Shown here one piece after another: positions 28,174 to 41,494 of a stretch of 64,000 nucleotides of DNA. The notes beneath the pieces are model-generated. The model saw only the letters and a program-made list of their open reading frames with translations, had not been told where the DNA came from and did no database searches. The position numbers and the translations under genes are program-made. The number at the start of each line of letters is the position of its first letter. Within the stretch, counting starts at the first letter, position 1. Source of the stretch: an uncultured Erysipelotrichaceae bacterium (GTDB lineage Bacteria; Bacillota_I; Bacilli_A; Erysipelotrichales; Erysipelotrichaceae); the NCBI GenBank assembly GCA_944325685.1, contig CALVBC010000004.1, positions 2,535 to 66,534 of the forward strand, given 5' to 3'.

Positions 28174-29168
28174 GTGTATAATTATGAATTAGAAAAAAGT
28201 GACCATAATATTATGAAAATAGACGAATTAAAAGCGATCATTAGCCAATATGATGAGAAGACCAAGGATAAGATCTTGATCCAACTATACAAGAAATTAC
28301 CAAAAGAGAAAAAGCTCGAAGTTGAAGATCTTATCCGTGATCCTAATGAGCCAAAGTAAAAGACCTTTGTGCCAAGAGATATCTACGCCCTTAAAGACAG
28401 CGTTGATGGTTTTATCTTCGCCACTAGACAAGACCTATATGTCGCCCCTAATCGCATCATCCAAAAAGCGAGCGTAAGAAATGGCGGTTTTTAGTAAAAG
28501 GTCATATCAAGGAATTAATGGCATTTGATCCCAAAAGCCCTGATGGCCTTATCGCTAACGATCTATTGATCGCCCTTTATAAGGTCTTGAGTTATGCCGC
28601 CAACTATTACATCCTACCGACAGAAGCTCCCTTTAGATCGATCGGCAAGACACAGACCGAGATGCTGCGGATGATCATCGAGCGTATCTTGAGCAGTGGT
28701 CATGATGAAGAAGAGCTCAAGAAGTGTGTCAGTCTATTATATGTCGAGACAGATCCCAATGAATATGATCTTGATCATGCCCTTTCTTTTGTCCATATGA
28801 TAAGACCATATAACGATGATGATATCGTGATCAAGCTCATAGATGAGATGATCAAAGATAAAAAGCCGCTCAAAAGAGGCTATGACCACACGTCTTATGA
28901 AAGGATCGAACGCTATAATCGCTGTGTAGTGGTCAATACTTTCTTGTATATGCTAGATGAAAGATACGATAAAGCCATATCTTATTTCCATAAGGCATAT
29001 TATGATCGACCAGACTCTACAGAATTCGTCCTATTAGAAGATATCATACGCACCTTAGGCCTCAAGGAATTATGGGTCAAAGAATATGAAGCGAGCTATG
29101 ATAAGATCAAAGATCGCAATGATTTAAAAGCGATATATGCAAGATATAAAGAAGAGCTAGGATCGTAG
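28174..29168 (+). pseudogene. disrupted hypothetical gene (~330 codons) with one in-frame TAA and one homopolymer frameshift
   Basis: The 61-aa ORF (28174..28359) stays open for 44 more codons after TAA 28357-28359. The 216-aa ORF (28518..29168) frame is open back to 28452. Adding one A to the A5 run at 28463-28467 joins ...NRIIQK to SERKKWRFLVKGHIKELMAFDP. Confidence 0.6.
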
Positions 29169-30305
29169 GTAGACTAGCTTACCATCCACAAAGGTATGAT
29201 ATAAGTTGAACTTGTCATCAGTGGTGATAAGGTCAGCTTTTTTATTTTTAGCGATCGAACCTAACTCACGATCAAGACCAAGTAAACGAGCTGGGTTAAA
29301 TGATGCCATCTTGCTTAAGGATATTAGATCTGCCCCAGTATATTTGTGCATATTCCTAATCGCATCGAGTTGTGATATCGCACTGCCAGCGATCCTACCG
29401 GTATCGATGACCCTTACGGTATTGCCCTTTTTCTGACATCTTAAATTAGAAAAGATATATTCACCATCATCCATCCCTCTCCCCAGCATCGAATCAGTGA
29501 TCAAGATGATCTTATCATCACCTAATACATCATAGGTCACTTTGATCACATCAGGATCGATATGAAAGCCATCAACGATAAGCTCGGCAAATTCACCAAG
29601 GCCTAATAAGGCACAGGTGACGATACCAGGATCACGGTGAGTATGTTGACTCATGGCATTATAAAGATGGGTATAACCTTTAACACCTTTATTTATGGCT
29701 TCTTTCGCAACTTTACATGTTGCCTTAGAATGACCGATCATGAGCTTGATATCATTTTCTTTAGCTAAAGCCAAGATGTCATCAAAGCCTTCCCTTTCCG
29801 GTGCAATGGTCATGACCTTTAATAGACCATAACTGTGATCGATCATCGCTTTAAACTCATCCTTATCAAAATTCCTGAGATATCTCTCATCCATCAAAGC
29901 CTTGTATTCTTTTGAAAGATATGGTCCTTCTGAATGGATGCCTAAAAACCGCGCTCCATCGATATCCTTGACCTTTGTATACTCATCCAAAAGTTCCAAC
30001 AATGAATCGTGACTTATAACGGTAAGGCTGCTGAGAAAAGATGTCGTCCCTTCTTTTATCAAGCCTTTCGCCACTTCTTTGACGCTTATTTCTGGATCTT
30101 TGATAAAGTCATGTCCATAAGCCCCGTGGATATGGATATCGATCATCCCACTCATTAGATATAAGCCCTTAAGATCGATCTTATCGATATGACCTTTATA
30201 TAGGCCTTCATTTACTTCAATTATCTTATCTTCATCGATGATCACATGACCAGGATATATGCCTTTTACGATATCGACGATCTTGGCGTTATCTAATACC
30301 TTCAT
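29157..30305 (-). CDS. nagA: N-acetylglucosamine-6-phosphate deacetylase
   Basis: 382 aa amidohydrolase. Motifs: [40 protein letters not shown]. Confidence 0.85.
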   Translation of the reverse strand: MKVLDNAKIVDIVKGIYPGHVIIDEDKIIEVNEGLYKGHIDKIDLKGLYLMSGMIDIHIHGAYGHDFIKDPEISVKEVAKGLIKEGTTSFLSSLTVISHDSLLELLDEYTKVKDIDGARFLGIHSEGPYLSKEYKALMDERYLRNFDKDEFKAMIDHSYGLLKVMTIAPEREGFDDILALAKENDIKLMIGHSKATCKVAKEAINKGVKGYTHLYNAMSQHTHRDPGIVTCALLGLGEFAELIVDGFHIDPDVIKVTYDVLGDDKIILITDSMLGRGMDDGEYIFSNLRCQKKGNTVRVIDTGRIAGSAISQLDAIRNMHKYTGADLISLSKMASFNPARLLGLDRELGSIAKNKKADLITTDDKFNLYHTFVDGKLVYLRS

Positions 30306-30969
30306 CCTTAGCCTCTTTGATGATATTCAATGTATTACTAGTACCGATACGCTCTGCACCTGCCTTTACATAAGCCATGTAGTCTTCAAAAGTCCTGATC
30401 CCACCAGCTGCCTTGACCTTGATCTTATCACCAACACATCCCTTCATGAATTTGACATCTTCTAAAGTGGCACCACCAGTACCAAAACCAGTACTTGTCT
30501 TGATATAGTCAGGCATACACTTCAAAGCGATATCACACATCACTCTTATCTCATCCTTCTCTAAATAACAATTCTCAAAGATGACCTTTGATGTGACATT
30601 GTTTTGCTTACATATATCGACGATCGTCTGCATCTCTTTTTCTAAATAGGCATAGTTTTTATCTTTAAGGGCGCTGATATTTATCACATAGTCGATCTCA
30701 TCAGCCCCATTTTTGATCGCATCTTCAGTTTCAAAAGCTTTGGCTTCGATCGTCATTTGACCTAATGGAAAACCGATCGCCGCCCCAACGTGGATATCGG
30801 CGTCTTTTAATAATTCTTTACAGTATCTGACCCATACCGGATTGATCGCAACCATCTTTGTACCATATATTTTAGCTTCTTCGCAAAGCTTATCCATGTC
30901 ACTTTTAGATGCATAAGCCTTTAAATATGTATGGTCGATCCTCTGTGCAATACTCTTTAATGTCTCCAT
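30289..30969 (-). CDS. deoC: deoxyribose-phosphate aldolase family protein
   Basis: 226 aa. IDHTYLK, Schiff-base region [17 protein letters not shown]. Overlaps the nagA start by 17 nt. Confidence 0.8.
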   Translation of the reverse strand: METLKSIAQRIDHTYLKAYASKSDMDKLCEEAKIYGTKMVAINPVWVRYCKELLKDADIHVGAAIGFPLGQMTIEAKAFETEDAIKNGADEIDYVINISALKDKNYAYLEKEMQTIVDICKQNNVTSKVIFENCYLEKDEIRVMCDIALKCMPDYIKTSTGFGTGGATLEDVKFMKGCVGDKIKVKAAGGIRTFEDYMAYVKAGAERIGTSNTLNIIKEAKDEGIR

Positions 30970-31157
30970 AATACCACCTCTTTATCATTGACTAAATGAT
31001 ATCACTATCCAAGATCATTTATCGCTATTTTTTGGGGCAAAATACTTTGCGTATTATTGGCAATTTTTAATATTTTTACTTTGCACATAGGTGACTTAAG
31101 TTTTTAGTCAGCTAAATATTTGTGAAAAGCGATCATTGATCGTATGATCAAATCACT

Positions 31158-31192
31158 AATAAAAAGCACCTAAATTTGAAAGAGGTGCTTTT
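31158..31192 (-). terminator. rho-independent terminator of the atp operon
   Basis: Minus strand: AAAGCACCU-(11-nt loop)-AGGUGCUUU followed by UUAUU, immediately after the atpC stop. Confidence 0.8.
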
Positions 31193-31196
31193 GTGT

Positions 31197-33798
<2,602 letters not shown>

Positions 33799-33809
<11 letters not shown>

Positions 33810-35322
33810 TATCTGCTCCTAATATATTGCGCTCTTTAAAGAAGGCATCTAATGCTTCTTTGAGTTCATTTTCGATATCTTCATTGAGCTCTTTAGCCTC
33901 TTCAAGCTTTTTGAGGACTTCCTTATTTTTGAAGTAGCGATGCATCGCTTCCTCGACCTCTTTAACCTTTTCTAAAGCGATATCTTTAAAATAGTCATGT
34001 TCGACAGCCCAGATACTGATGACTTCAAGGCCCATTGAAAGTGGATCATATTGAGCTTGTTTTAGGATCTCTCTGATCCTACTACCGCGATCGATGGTCC
34101 TTTTAGTGACAGGATCTAAGTCACTGCCGAATTGGGTGAAGGCTAATAGTTCATCATATTGAGCTAGTTCTAATTTGAGGCTCTTTGATACCTGCTTCAT
34201 CGCTTTGAATTGGGCATTACTACCAACACGCGATACCGACAACCCGACATCGACCGCTGGTCTAAAGCCACTGTTGAATAGCTCGGTCTGTAAGAAGATC
34301 TGACCATCAGTGATCGAGATGACGTTAGTTGGGATATAAGCTGAGATATCACCAGCTTGGGTCTCGATGATCGGTAAAGCCGTGATCGATCCACCACCTA
34401 ATTCATCATTGAGCTTACAAGCTCTCTCTAATAATCTTGAATGTAAGTAGAAGACATCACCAGGATATGCTTCACGCCCTGGAGGCCTTCTTAAAAGTAG
34501 TGACATCGTACGATAAGCTACCGCATGCTTGGAAAGATCATCGTAGATGATAAGCACGTGTTTGCCACTTTCCATCCACTCTTCAGCGATGGCACAAGCG
34601 CTATATGGTGCGATATATTGCATCGGTGCTGATTCACTGGCACTAGCCATGACGACAGTCGTATAAGCCATAGCGCCACTGGTCTTTAATTTTTCAACGA
34701 TCGTGGCTACTGTTGAGGCTTTTTGTCCGATGGCGACATAGATACATCTGACATCGGTGTCCTTTTGATTGATGATCGTATCGATCGCTAAAGCGGTCTT
34801 ACCGGTCTGTCTATCACCGATGATGAGTTCCCTTTGACCTCTACCGATCGGAAACATCGAATCGATGGTCTTGATACCGGTCATCAGTGGTTCATGGACA
34901 CTGCGTCTAGCCATGACCCCTGGGGCTACTCTTTCGATCGGTCTTTTCTTTTCGGACATGATCGCACCTAGATCATCGATCGGTCTACCTAAAGCGTCGA
35001 TGACACGACCCATCATGCCATCACCGACTGATACTTCAACGATCTCCTTGGTCCTTCTTACCGTTTGACCTTCCTTGATCCCTTCATCATCACCTAAGAT
35101 GACGACACCGACTAATTCTTCCTCTAAGTTTAAGATCATCCCTCTGGTCTCATCTTCAAAGACGACGACTTCACTAGCCATCGCATTATCAAGACCGGAT
35201 ACAAGGGCGATCCCATCACCGACGGTCATGACTGTCCCGACATCGTCAGTGACGATCTTATCTTCATAGTGTCGGATCTTTTCCTTTAGTAATGTACTGA
35301 TCTCATCTTTTCTAAGTGTCAT
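33799..35322 (-). CDS. atpA: F0F1 ATP synthase subunit alpha
   Basis: 507 aa. Walker [10 protein letters not shown] and [16 protein letters not shown]. Confidence 0.97.
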
Positions 35323-35326
35323 ATCC

Positions 35327-35854
35327 TCACCAACTTTCTAAAAGGGTCCGTCTAAGATCCTTTATCTTCTTTTGCATACTGACATCGATGACCTTATCAT
35401 CGATGATCACTTTGATACCTGATAATAAACGCTCATCGATCTCTTCACTTAAGATGACTTCACTATCTAGCTTCCGCTTTAGGGAAGTGATGAGCTTTGA
35501 TTTTAGGTCATCATCGATCGATCGTGCTGTGATGACCCTTACTTCTTTGATATGCTTATGATCTAAATATAGATGTCTAAAACACCTTAATATACTGTTT
35601 ATACTACTGGTCCGTCCTTTATCGATGATCAACTTTAAGAAGTTTTTGATGATATGATCATCGCTGATCATATCGATCATCGCTTTCTTATCTTCCTTAG
35701 TGATCTTTGGCGCTTTTAAAAAGCGCAAGAAGTCATCATCAAAAAGTGGGGTTATCCTATCGACCTCATCTTTGATCTTTTCCACTTCTCCTTCTTCGAT
35801 CGCTACATCTAAAAGGACTTTAGCCCACATCTCACTTATCTGATCCATGATCAA
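35327..35854 (-). CDS. atpH: F0F1 ATP synthase subunit delta
   Basis: 175 aa OSCP-like protein. Position between atpF and atpA. Confidence 0.85.
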   Translation of the reverse strand: MIMDQISEMWAKVLLDVAIEEGEVEKIKDEVDRITPLFDDDFLRFLKAPKITKEDKKAMIDMISDDHIIKNFLKLIIDKGRTSSINSILRCFRHLYLDHKHIKEVRVITARSIDDDLKSKLITSLKRKLDSEVILSEEIDERLLSGIKVIIDDKVIDVSMQKKIKDLRRTLLESW

Positions 35855-36353
35855 ATTCCTCGATCAAGCGTTCGATCGCTTCGCGGTCTTTTCCTTTCAC
35901 ATCTTTCGTACCGATGAGTTTTTCACTGGCCGCTAAAGCGACATCGACGATCTGTTCATTGATATCAGCTTCGAGTTCTTTCCGTTCTTTTTCCATCCGC
36001 TCTTTAGCCTTGACGATAAGATCATCAGCTTCTTTATGCGCTTTACTTACGATATCCGCTTTGATCTCATTACCTTCAGCCTTGGCATTTGTCCTGATCT
36101 CATCAGCGAGCTTATCCGCATCGATGATAGCTTGCTTGCTCTTTTTGAGGTTCTCTTGTGCCTCGCCGTTCAAGCTATCGGCTGACTTGATCTTGTCATC
36201 ATAGTAGTCTTCACGCTTTTTGATGATCGCCCTAGCTGGATCCCATACTAATTTATAGATAAAGAAGAATAAGACCCCGGTGACCAAAAGCGTAAAGGCC
36301 ATCGTAAAGGGATTGGGAAAAAGTTGACCGGCTACATCAACTTCAATATTCAT
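35832..36353 (-). CDS. atpF: F0F1 ATP synthase subunit b
   Basis: 173 aa. N-terminal TM followed by a long charged helix. Confidence 0.85.
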   Translation of the reverse strand: MNIEVDVAGQLFPNPFTMAFTLLVTGVLFFFIYKLVWDPARAIIKKREDYYDDKIKSADSLNGEAQENLKKSKQAIIDADKLADEIRTNAKAEGNEIKADIVSKAHKEADDLIVKAKERMEKERKELEADINEQIVDVALAASEKLIGTKDVKGKDREAIERLIEEFDHGSDK

Positions 36354-36356
36354 CTA

Positions 36357-36593
36357 TCAAGCTCCAAGCACGAATACGATGATGAAGGCAATGAGCATAC
36401 CGTAGATAGCACAAGTCTCAGCTATCGCACAACCGACGATCAACATCGTTCTGATCTGGCTTGCTGCCTCTGGATTCTTACCGACAGCTTCAACAGCTTT
36501 AGCTGCTGCATAACCCTGACCGATACCCGTTGAGAAACCGGTAAATACTGATAAACCAGCACCGATCGCGATAAGTCCTGTTCCTACATCCAT
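36357..36593 (-). CDS. atpE: F0F1 ATP synthase subunit c
   Basis: 78 aa hairpin proteolipid with the carboxylate in ...GCAIAETCAIYG.... Confidence 0.92.
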   Translation of the reverse strand: MDVGTGLIAIGAGLSVFTGFSTGIGQGYAAAKAVEAVGKNPEAASQIRTMLIVGCAIAETCAIYGMLIAFIIVFVLGA

Positions 36594-36605
36594 AATTAAA
36601 ACCTC

Positions 36606-37310
36606 CTATTCATCTTCTTTTAATTCATTGGATATAAATACCATCGTTAGTGATATAAATATGAACATCTGGATAAATCCAGCGAATATATCAAAATAAG
36701 CATGGAAGAATGGTGCCACAAAGACACCGACAAAGTTAAAGCCACCAGCCCCAAATAGACCTAATACGAGATCTGACAAGAAGCTACAACCACTGTAGAT
36801 GACCGACATGATGATCGAACCGGAAAGGATATTACCAAATAGACGGATCGACATCGAGATGAGTGGCGCGATCTTACCGAAGATATTCGGGATGACAAAT
36901 GGGAAGATCGGTTCAAAGAAACCATGGATATAACTACCGATACCATTGTCTCTGATCGCATTGAATTGGATCATGACCCAAGTGATCGCCGCTAATGTAA
37001 GGGTGACACTGTAATTCATCGTCGGTGGATTAAAGCCAAATAGACCTAAGATATTGCTTAAGAATAGGAAGATACACAGTGTACCGATATAAGGGGCTAG
37101 ATTCTTGACGAAACGCTCTTGTACGATCGTCCTGACTTGGTCATCGATCATCTCTACTAACCACAAAGCCGCCAAGACTAAACCTTTAGGTCTACTTAAA
37201 GGATCGAATTTCTTTAATTTATGATTGATCACAAAGCACATCGCAATGATAAAGATGGCTACGACTAGTAATGATATGACTTCTTTTTGGATCGTTATGT
37301 GGATCGTCAT
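36606..37310 (-). CDS. atpB: F0F1 ATP synthase subunit a
   Basis: 234 aa polytopic protein with SMSIRLFGNILSG (conserved Arg). Confidence 0.92.
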   Translation of the reverse strand: MTIHITIQKEVISLLVVAIFIIAMCFVINHKLKKFDPLSRPKGLVLAALWLVEMIDDQVRTIVQERFVKNLAPYIGTLCIFLFLSNILGLFGFNPPTMNYSVTLTLAAITWVMIQFNAIRDNGIGSYIHGFFEPIFPFVIPNIFGKIAPLISMSIRLFGNILSGSIIMSVIYSGCSFLSDLVLGLFGAGGFNFVGVFVAPFFHAYFDIFAGFIQMFIFISLTMVFISNELKEDE

Positions 37311-37642
37311 CTTGTTACTCCTAACATATATAGTATTTTACACGATATAAGACCAAATAGTATACCGATCAAAGAAAAAATATGACCTAATAATACCCCT
37401 AAGGCGATAAGCACCGTGATCAGGATGATATCCATCACTAAGACCATATAGACCTGATGTTTATCCCTATCATCTAAGGCTTTGGTGATACCATGATCTA
37501 AAGCCCACAAGTAGAGGATATATGACCCTGTACTAAGCAAGATACCACAAGATATATTAGGATAAAAAAAGACCGTGATCACACTGATGATCATGTTTAA
37601 GAGTAATGCTCTTTTGTATCCCCTTATCCCACCTGTAAGCAC
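37307..37642 (-). CDS. atpI: ATP synthase protein I-like small membrane protein
   Basis: 111 aa hydrophobic protein. GTG start. Overlaps the atpB start by 4 nt. Called mainly from its position as first gene of the atp operon. Confidence 0.6.
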   Translation of the reverse strand: MLTGGIRGYKRALLLNMIISVITVFFYPNISCGILLSTGSYILYLWALDHGITKALDDRDKHQVYMVLVMDIILITVLIALGVLLGHIFSLIGILFGLISCKILYMLGVTR

Positions 37643-37724
37643 TTACTAATGATAACACATATCTATCACTAAAGATCATAAAAACCAAGTTAATTATTTA
37701 ATAAGTAATCGCTTACATTTCTTA

Positions 37725-37753
37725 TTGACATGCTGTTTTATATCACCGATAAT
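37725..37753 (+). promoter_or_regulatory. sigma-A promoter of the SDR/MFS operon
   Basis: -35 TTGACA (37725-37730), 17-nt spacer, -10 GATAAT (37748-37753). Confidence 0.6.
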
Positions 37754-37829
37754 AAAGGCAAGGAAATCCATAAAACAATCTAATGACACTCGTTAAACCT
37801 TTGATGTGGTCTTTAAAAGGGAGGTTTAT

Positions 37830-38594
37830 ATGGGCACGTATAAAGACATTCTAAAGGACAAGGTCGTCGTCATCACCGGCACCACCAGCGGTATCGGTAA
37901 AGAGATGGCCAAACTTTTTGCGTCCCAAGGCGCAAAAGTCGTCGGAAGTGGCCGAAGAGAAGAACTAGGCCAGGAGGTCGTCAGAGATATCAAATACAGT
38001 GGTGGTGAGGCGATCTTTGTAAAGACAGATGTCACAGATCCCTCACAGATCGAAAACCTCATCGAGACAGCTGTCAAGACCTATGGTCATATCGATATCC
38101 TCGTCAATAATGCCGCTTATGAGCCAAATAAGCTCTTTATCGACAATACCTATGAAGACTATCGTAAGGTCATCGATACAAACTTAGGCTCATATGTCAT
38201 GGCTAGTATCTATGCCCTGAGACACATGAAAGCACAGGGTCATGGCAAGATATTGAATATCAATTCGGTGACTGCTGTCCAACAAGTACCAGGTGTTGGT
38301 ATGTATTCGCTAGCTAAAGCAGCGATAACCAACCTGACTAAAGTCATCGCTTTAGAGAATGCGAAAGATGGTATCCGTTGTAATGAGATAAATCCTGGTC
38401 TTATCTTAGCTGGTGAATTTGAAAAGCCAGAAGTAAGAGAATGGGCAAAGGACGCCATTGAGAAGATGACCCCAGTCGGTAGGCTTGGTACAGTAGAAGA
38501 GATCGCTCATGCTGCTTTATATCTATTAAGCGATGAAGCTGATTTCTGTAATGGCACATCGTTATTTGTCGACGGTGGAAGAAGACTGATATAG
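37830..38594 (+). CDS. short-chain dehydrogenase/reductase (SDR) 1
   Basis: ORF track gives 37806..38594. Start placed at ATG 37830 after AAGGGAGG. Cofactor motif TGTTSGIGK, NNAA, catalytic YSLAKAA. Confidence 0.85.
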   Translation: MGTYKDILKDKVVVITGTTSGIGKEMAKLFASQGAKVVGSGRREELGQEVVRDIKYSGGEAIFVKTDVTDPSQIENLIETAVKTYGHIDILVNNAAYEPNKLFIDNTYEDYRKVIDTNLGSYVMASIYALRHMKAQGHGKILNINSVTAVQQVPGVGMYSLAKAAITNLTKVIALENAKDGIRCNEINPGLILAGEFEKPEVREWAKDAIEKMTPVGRLGTVEEIAHAALYLLSDEADFCNGTSLFVDGGRRLI

Positions 38595-38601
38595 GAGTTT
38601 T

Positions 38602-39453
38602 ATGGAACAAATGTTAAAGGATAGAGTCGCGATGGTCACCGGCGGTGCCTCAGGCATGGGTGAAGCGACAGTCAGATTATTCGCTAAAGAAGGCGCTAAA
38701 GTCATCATCGGTGATATCAACACCAAAAAAGGTGAAGCTTTAGCTAAAGAGTTGACTGATGAAGGATATACCGTGCGCTTTTATGGCAAGATGGATATCA
38801 CTAAACAAGAAGATATCGACTTCAATGTCCAAAAGATGATCGAAGAATTCGGTCATATCGATATCTTCTGCCAATATGCTGGTGGTGAGATCGGTTCTAA
38901 CTTCAATACGGACAATATCCATATGGAAGTATGGGATGCGACGATGGATAGGAACTTAAAGGGCAATGTCATGTGCTACTTTGCGATCGTCCCTTATATG
39001 AAGAAAAGACACAGTGGATCGATCATCTTCTGTTCATCTAATGGCGCAATGAATCCACCGCTTGTCACCTATGCATATCACGCAGCTAAAGCTGGTATGG
39101 AGTCGATGACGGTCAATGCGGCATTCGAATTATGTCGCTATGGTATCAGAGTCAACTGCATCATCCCAGGTCCGATCATGACCCCATTCTGGAATGAAGT
39201 ATTCCCACCTGAAATGCCAATGGTGGAAAGAGAGAAGTTCTTAAATGACCTCGCTAATACCGAAGTTCCGATGGGAAGGCTTGGTAAACCTGAAGATATC
39301 GCTAATGTAGCTTTGTATTACGCTAGTGACCTATCAGGCTATGTGACTGGTCAAAGGACCTTTGTCGGTGGTGGTATGGGCTATATCAACTGTCCTGAAG
39401 GGACCTTCATGATGAACTCTAAAGTCCATCCGATCGCTCCTAAAGAAGAGTGA
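38602..39453 (+). CDS. short-chain dehydrogenase/reductase (SDR) 2, with C-terminal extension
   Basis: 283 aa. TGGASGMGE, catalytic YHAAKAG, IPGPIMTP. Confidence 0.85.
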   Translation: MEQMLKDRVAMVTGGASGMGEATVRLFAKEGAKVIIGDINTKKGEALAKELTDEGYTVRFYGKMDITKQEDIDFNVQKMIEEFGHIDIFCQYAGGEIGSNFNTDNIHMEVWDATMDRNLKGNVMCYFAIVPYMKKRHSGSIIFCSSNGAMNPPLVTYAYHAAKAGMESMTVNAAFELCRYGIRVNCIIPGPIMTPFWNEVFPPEMPMVEREKFLNDLANTEVPMGRLGKPEDIANVALYYASDLSGYVTGQRTFVGGGMGYINCPEGTFMMNSKVHPIAPKEE

Positions 39454-39472
39454 TATATAAAGGAGATCAGAC

Positions 39473-40693
39473 ATGAAAAAGTCATCTAACTTCAAGTGGG
39501 TGATCATGGCAATGGTCACACTTAGTACCGTGCCGATCTCCTATAACTCATTCCAAGTATCAGCCCTACCGATCGAGTTCATGCAAGAGCTTGGCATCGA
39601 TAGTGTCCAGTTCACTTCGATCTTGACCGCTTCCATGCTTCCAGGTGTCATCTTTGCGATCATCGGTGGCATCCTAGCTGATAAGATCGGTCCAAAGACG
39701 ACTTGTACGATCGCTTTAGTGATAAGCCTTGTCGGTAGCCTTGGTCGTCTTGTCGCTAGTAACTACATCTTCTACTTCATCTGTATGGTGATGCTAGGAT
39801 TTGCCGGAACATTCTTGAGCATGTGCGCTGCTAAGCTATTTGCCCAATGGTTCTTGCCTCATGAGATGGGTATCCCGATGGGTGTCGTATTATCATCTGG
39901 TGCTTTAGGCACAGCGATCGCACAATCAACGACCGCTACTCTGTTCAGTGGCAACCTACATGGTGCTTATATCTTTGGCTCAGCTTGGATATTAGTGATG
40001 CTGATACTATGGATCATCATCGTAAAAGAAAACAAGGATCAAATGATAACTAGTGATACATCCTTATTCACCGGCTTAAAGAAAGCTGTAAAGAGCCGCA
40101 ATATATGGATCATCGGTCTATGTGCAGCGGTATCGATGGGCTATCAGATGATCTTCAATTCCAACTATATCGCCGGGATGCAAACTACCAAGATGATCGA
40201 TGCCACGATCGCTGGTCTATACGGTACGATCTTTACTGCTGGTGGTTTCCTTGGCAATATCATCGTCCCGATGATCCTTAAAAAGATCGGTGTCAATCGA
40301 CCGACGATCTTGATCTTCGGCTTAGTCGGTGCTGTACTATCTTACATTGCTTGGGCATATCTTGATGGCTCTGCGATGGCGATCGTATTAGCTATCGGTG
40401 GCTTACTAGTCTTTGGTATCATGCCACCACTTATCGGCTATCCACCGCTATTAGATGAGATCGGTCCTGAGTATGCAGGATCGGCTGGAGGACTTGTAAC
40501 GACCCTTCAAATGGTCGGTGCTTACTTCTTGCCTTCAAGTATACTTGCACCACTTGCGACCGCTAATGGGATGATGGATTATGACCGTTTATTCTTATAT
40601 GGTGCTATATGTGCTGCACTCTTTGGTATCTTGGCTTTGATATTACCAGAGCTTGGCACAAAAGCCCTACTTAATAGATCAAAGGAGAAATAG
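39473..40693 (+). CDS. MFS transporter
   Basis: 406 aa, about 12 hydrophobic segments. RBS AAAGGAG. Embedded between SDR genes. Confidence 0.8.
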   Translation: MKKSSNFKWVIMAMVTLSTVPISYNSFQVSALPIEFMQELGIDSVQFTSILTASMLPGVIFAIIGGILADKIGPKTTCTIALVISLVGSLGRLVASNYIFYFICMVMLGFAGTFLSMCAAKLFAQWFLPHEMGIPMGVVLSSGALGTAIAQSTTATLFSGNLHGAYIFGSAWILVMLILWIIIVKENKDQMITSDTSLFTGLKKAVKSRNIWIIGLCAAVSMGYQMIFNSNYIAGMQTTKMIDATIAGLYGTIFTAGGFLGNIIVPMILKKIGVNRPTILIFGLVGAVLSYIAWAYLDGSAMAIVLAIGGLLVFGIMPPLIGYPPLLDEIGPEYAGSAGGLVTTLQMVGAYFLPSSILAPLATANGMMDYDRLFLYGAICAALFGILALILPELGTKALLNRSKEK

Positions 40694-40696
40694 AAA

Positions 40697-41494
40697 ATGA
40701 CTGATAGAAGAGAACCAGAAGTCACAGGTCTAAGACCTAGTGCAAATAGATTAAAAGACAAGGTGACGATCGTCACCGGCTCGACTAGTGGCATCGGTAA
40801 AGCCAGTGCTATCCTATTTGCCCATGAAGGGGCAAAGGTGGTCGTCGTTGGAAGACGCGTCGAAAAAGGTGAAGCAGTGGTCAAGACGATAAAAGATAAT
40901 GGTGGTGAAGCTATCTTTGTCAGAGCGGATATGACCGTTGAAGAAGATGTCCAAAATGTCGTCAAGACGACGATGGATACTTGGGGCAGAGTTGATTGTC
41001 TTTTCAACAATGCTGGCTGTCTTATCACTAAGCCAACAGTAGAACTAACTAGAGAAGATTGGGATAAATTCACCAACCTTGATGCTTATTCTTACCTAAG
41101 GATGATGCAGTTAGTACTACCGATCATGGAAAAACAAGGCGGTGGCTCGATCGTCAACTGCTCATCACTAGCCGCTTTTGATAATGCGATACCAGGTGGT
41201 GCCCTATATTGCTTTGTCAAAGCTGGTGTCAACCATATGACCCATTGTATCGCGGCTGAATACGCTGATAAACATATCCGTGTCAACAACCTCAATCCAG
41301 GCCTTATCGAGACCGAGATGGTATTGACTGGTCCTGGTGCTGATGGCTTTGACTATATCAAATCACTAGTGCCATGCAAAAGAGCAGGGACGGCTTTAGA
41401 GTGTGCATATGCCGCTTTATATTTATTAAGTGATGAGGCTTCTTATACAAGTGGTGCATCCTTATTATTAGATCATGGCCAAAGAGGCTACTAA
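40697..41494 (+). CDS. short-chain dehydrogenase/reductase (SDR) 3 (paralogue of SDR 1)
   Basis: 265 aa. TGSTSGIGK, NNAG, catalytic YCFVKAG. It shares the GRR.E.G..VV..IK..GGEAIFV block with SDR 1. Confidence 0.85.
   Translation: MTDRREPEVTGLRPSANRLKDKVTIVTGSTSGIGKASAILFAHEGAKVVVVGRRVEKGEAVVKTIKDNGGEAIFVRADMTVEEDVQNVVKTTMDTWGRVDCLFNNAGCLITKPTVELTREDWDKFTNLDAYSYLRMMQLVLPIMEKQGGGSIVNCSSLAAFDNAIPGGALYCFVKAGVNHMTHCIAAEYADKHIRVNNLNPGLIETEMVLTGPGADGFDYIKSLVPCKRAGTALECAYAALYLLSDEASYTSGASLLLDHGQRGY

Noticed and set aside
40579-41076. 165-aa minus-strand ORF overlapping the MFS 3' end and the SDR 3 5' end
   Set aside because: It is antisense to two well-supported genes. Its S/T/P/L-rich, low-complexity translation is typical of the reverse frame of SDR genes, and it has no RBS. 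The same reasoning applies to 51596..52051 (antisense to pyrG), 32441..32845 (atpD), 26460..26825 (ecfA), 62736..63143 and 62644..62970 (HAD), 35914..36204 (atpF) and the other short track ORFs nested in longer genes.
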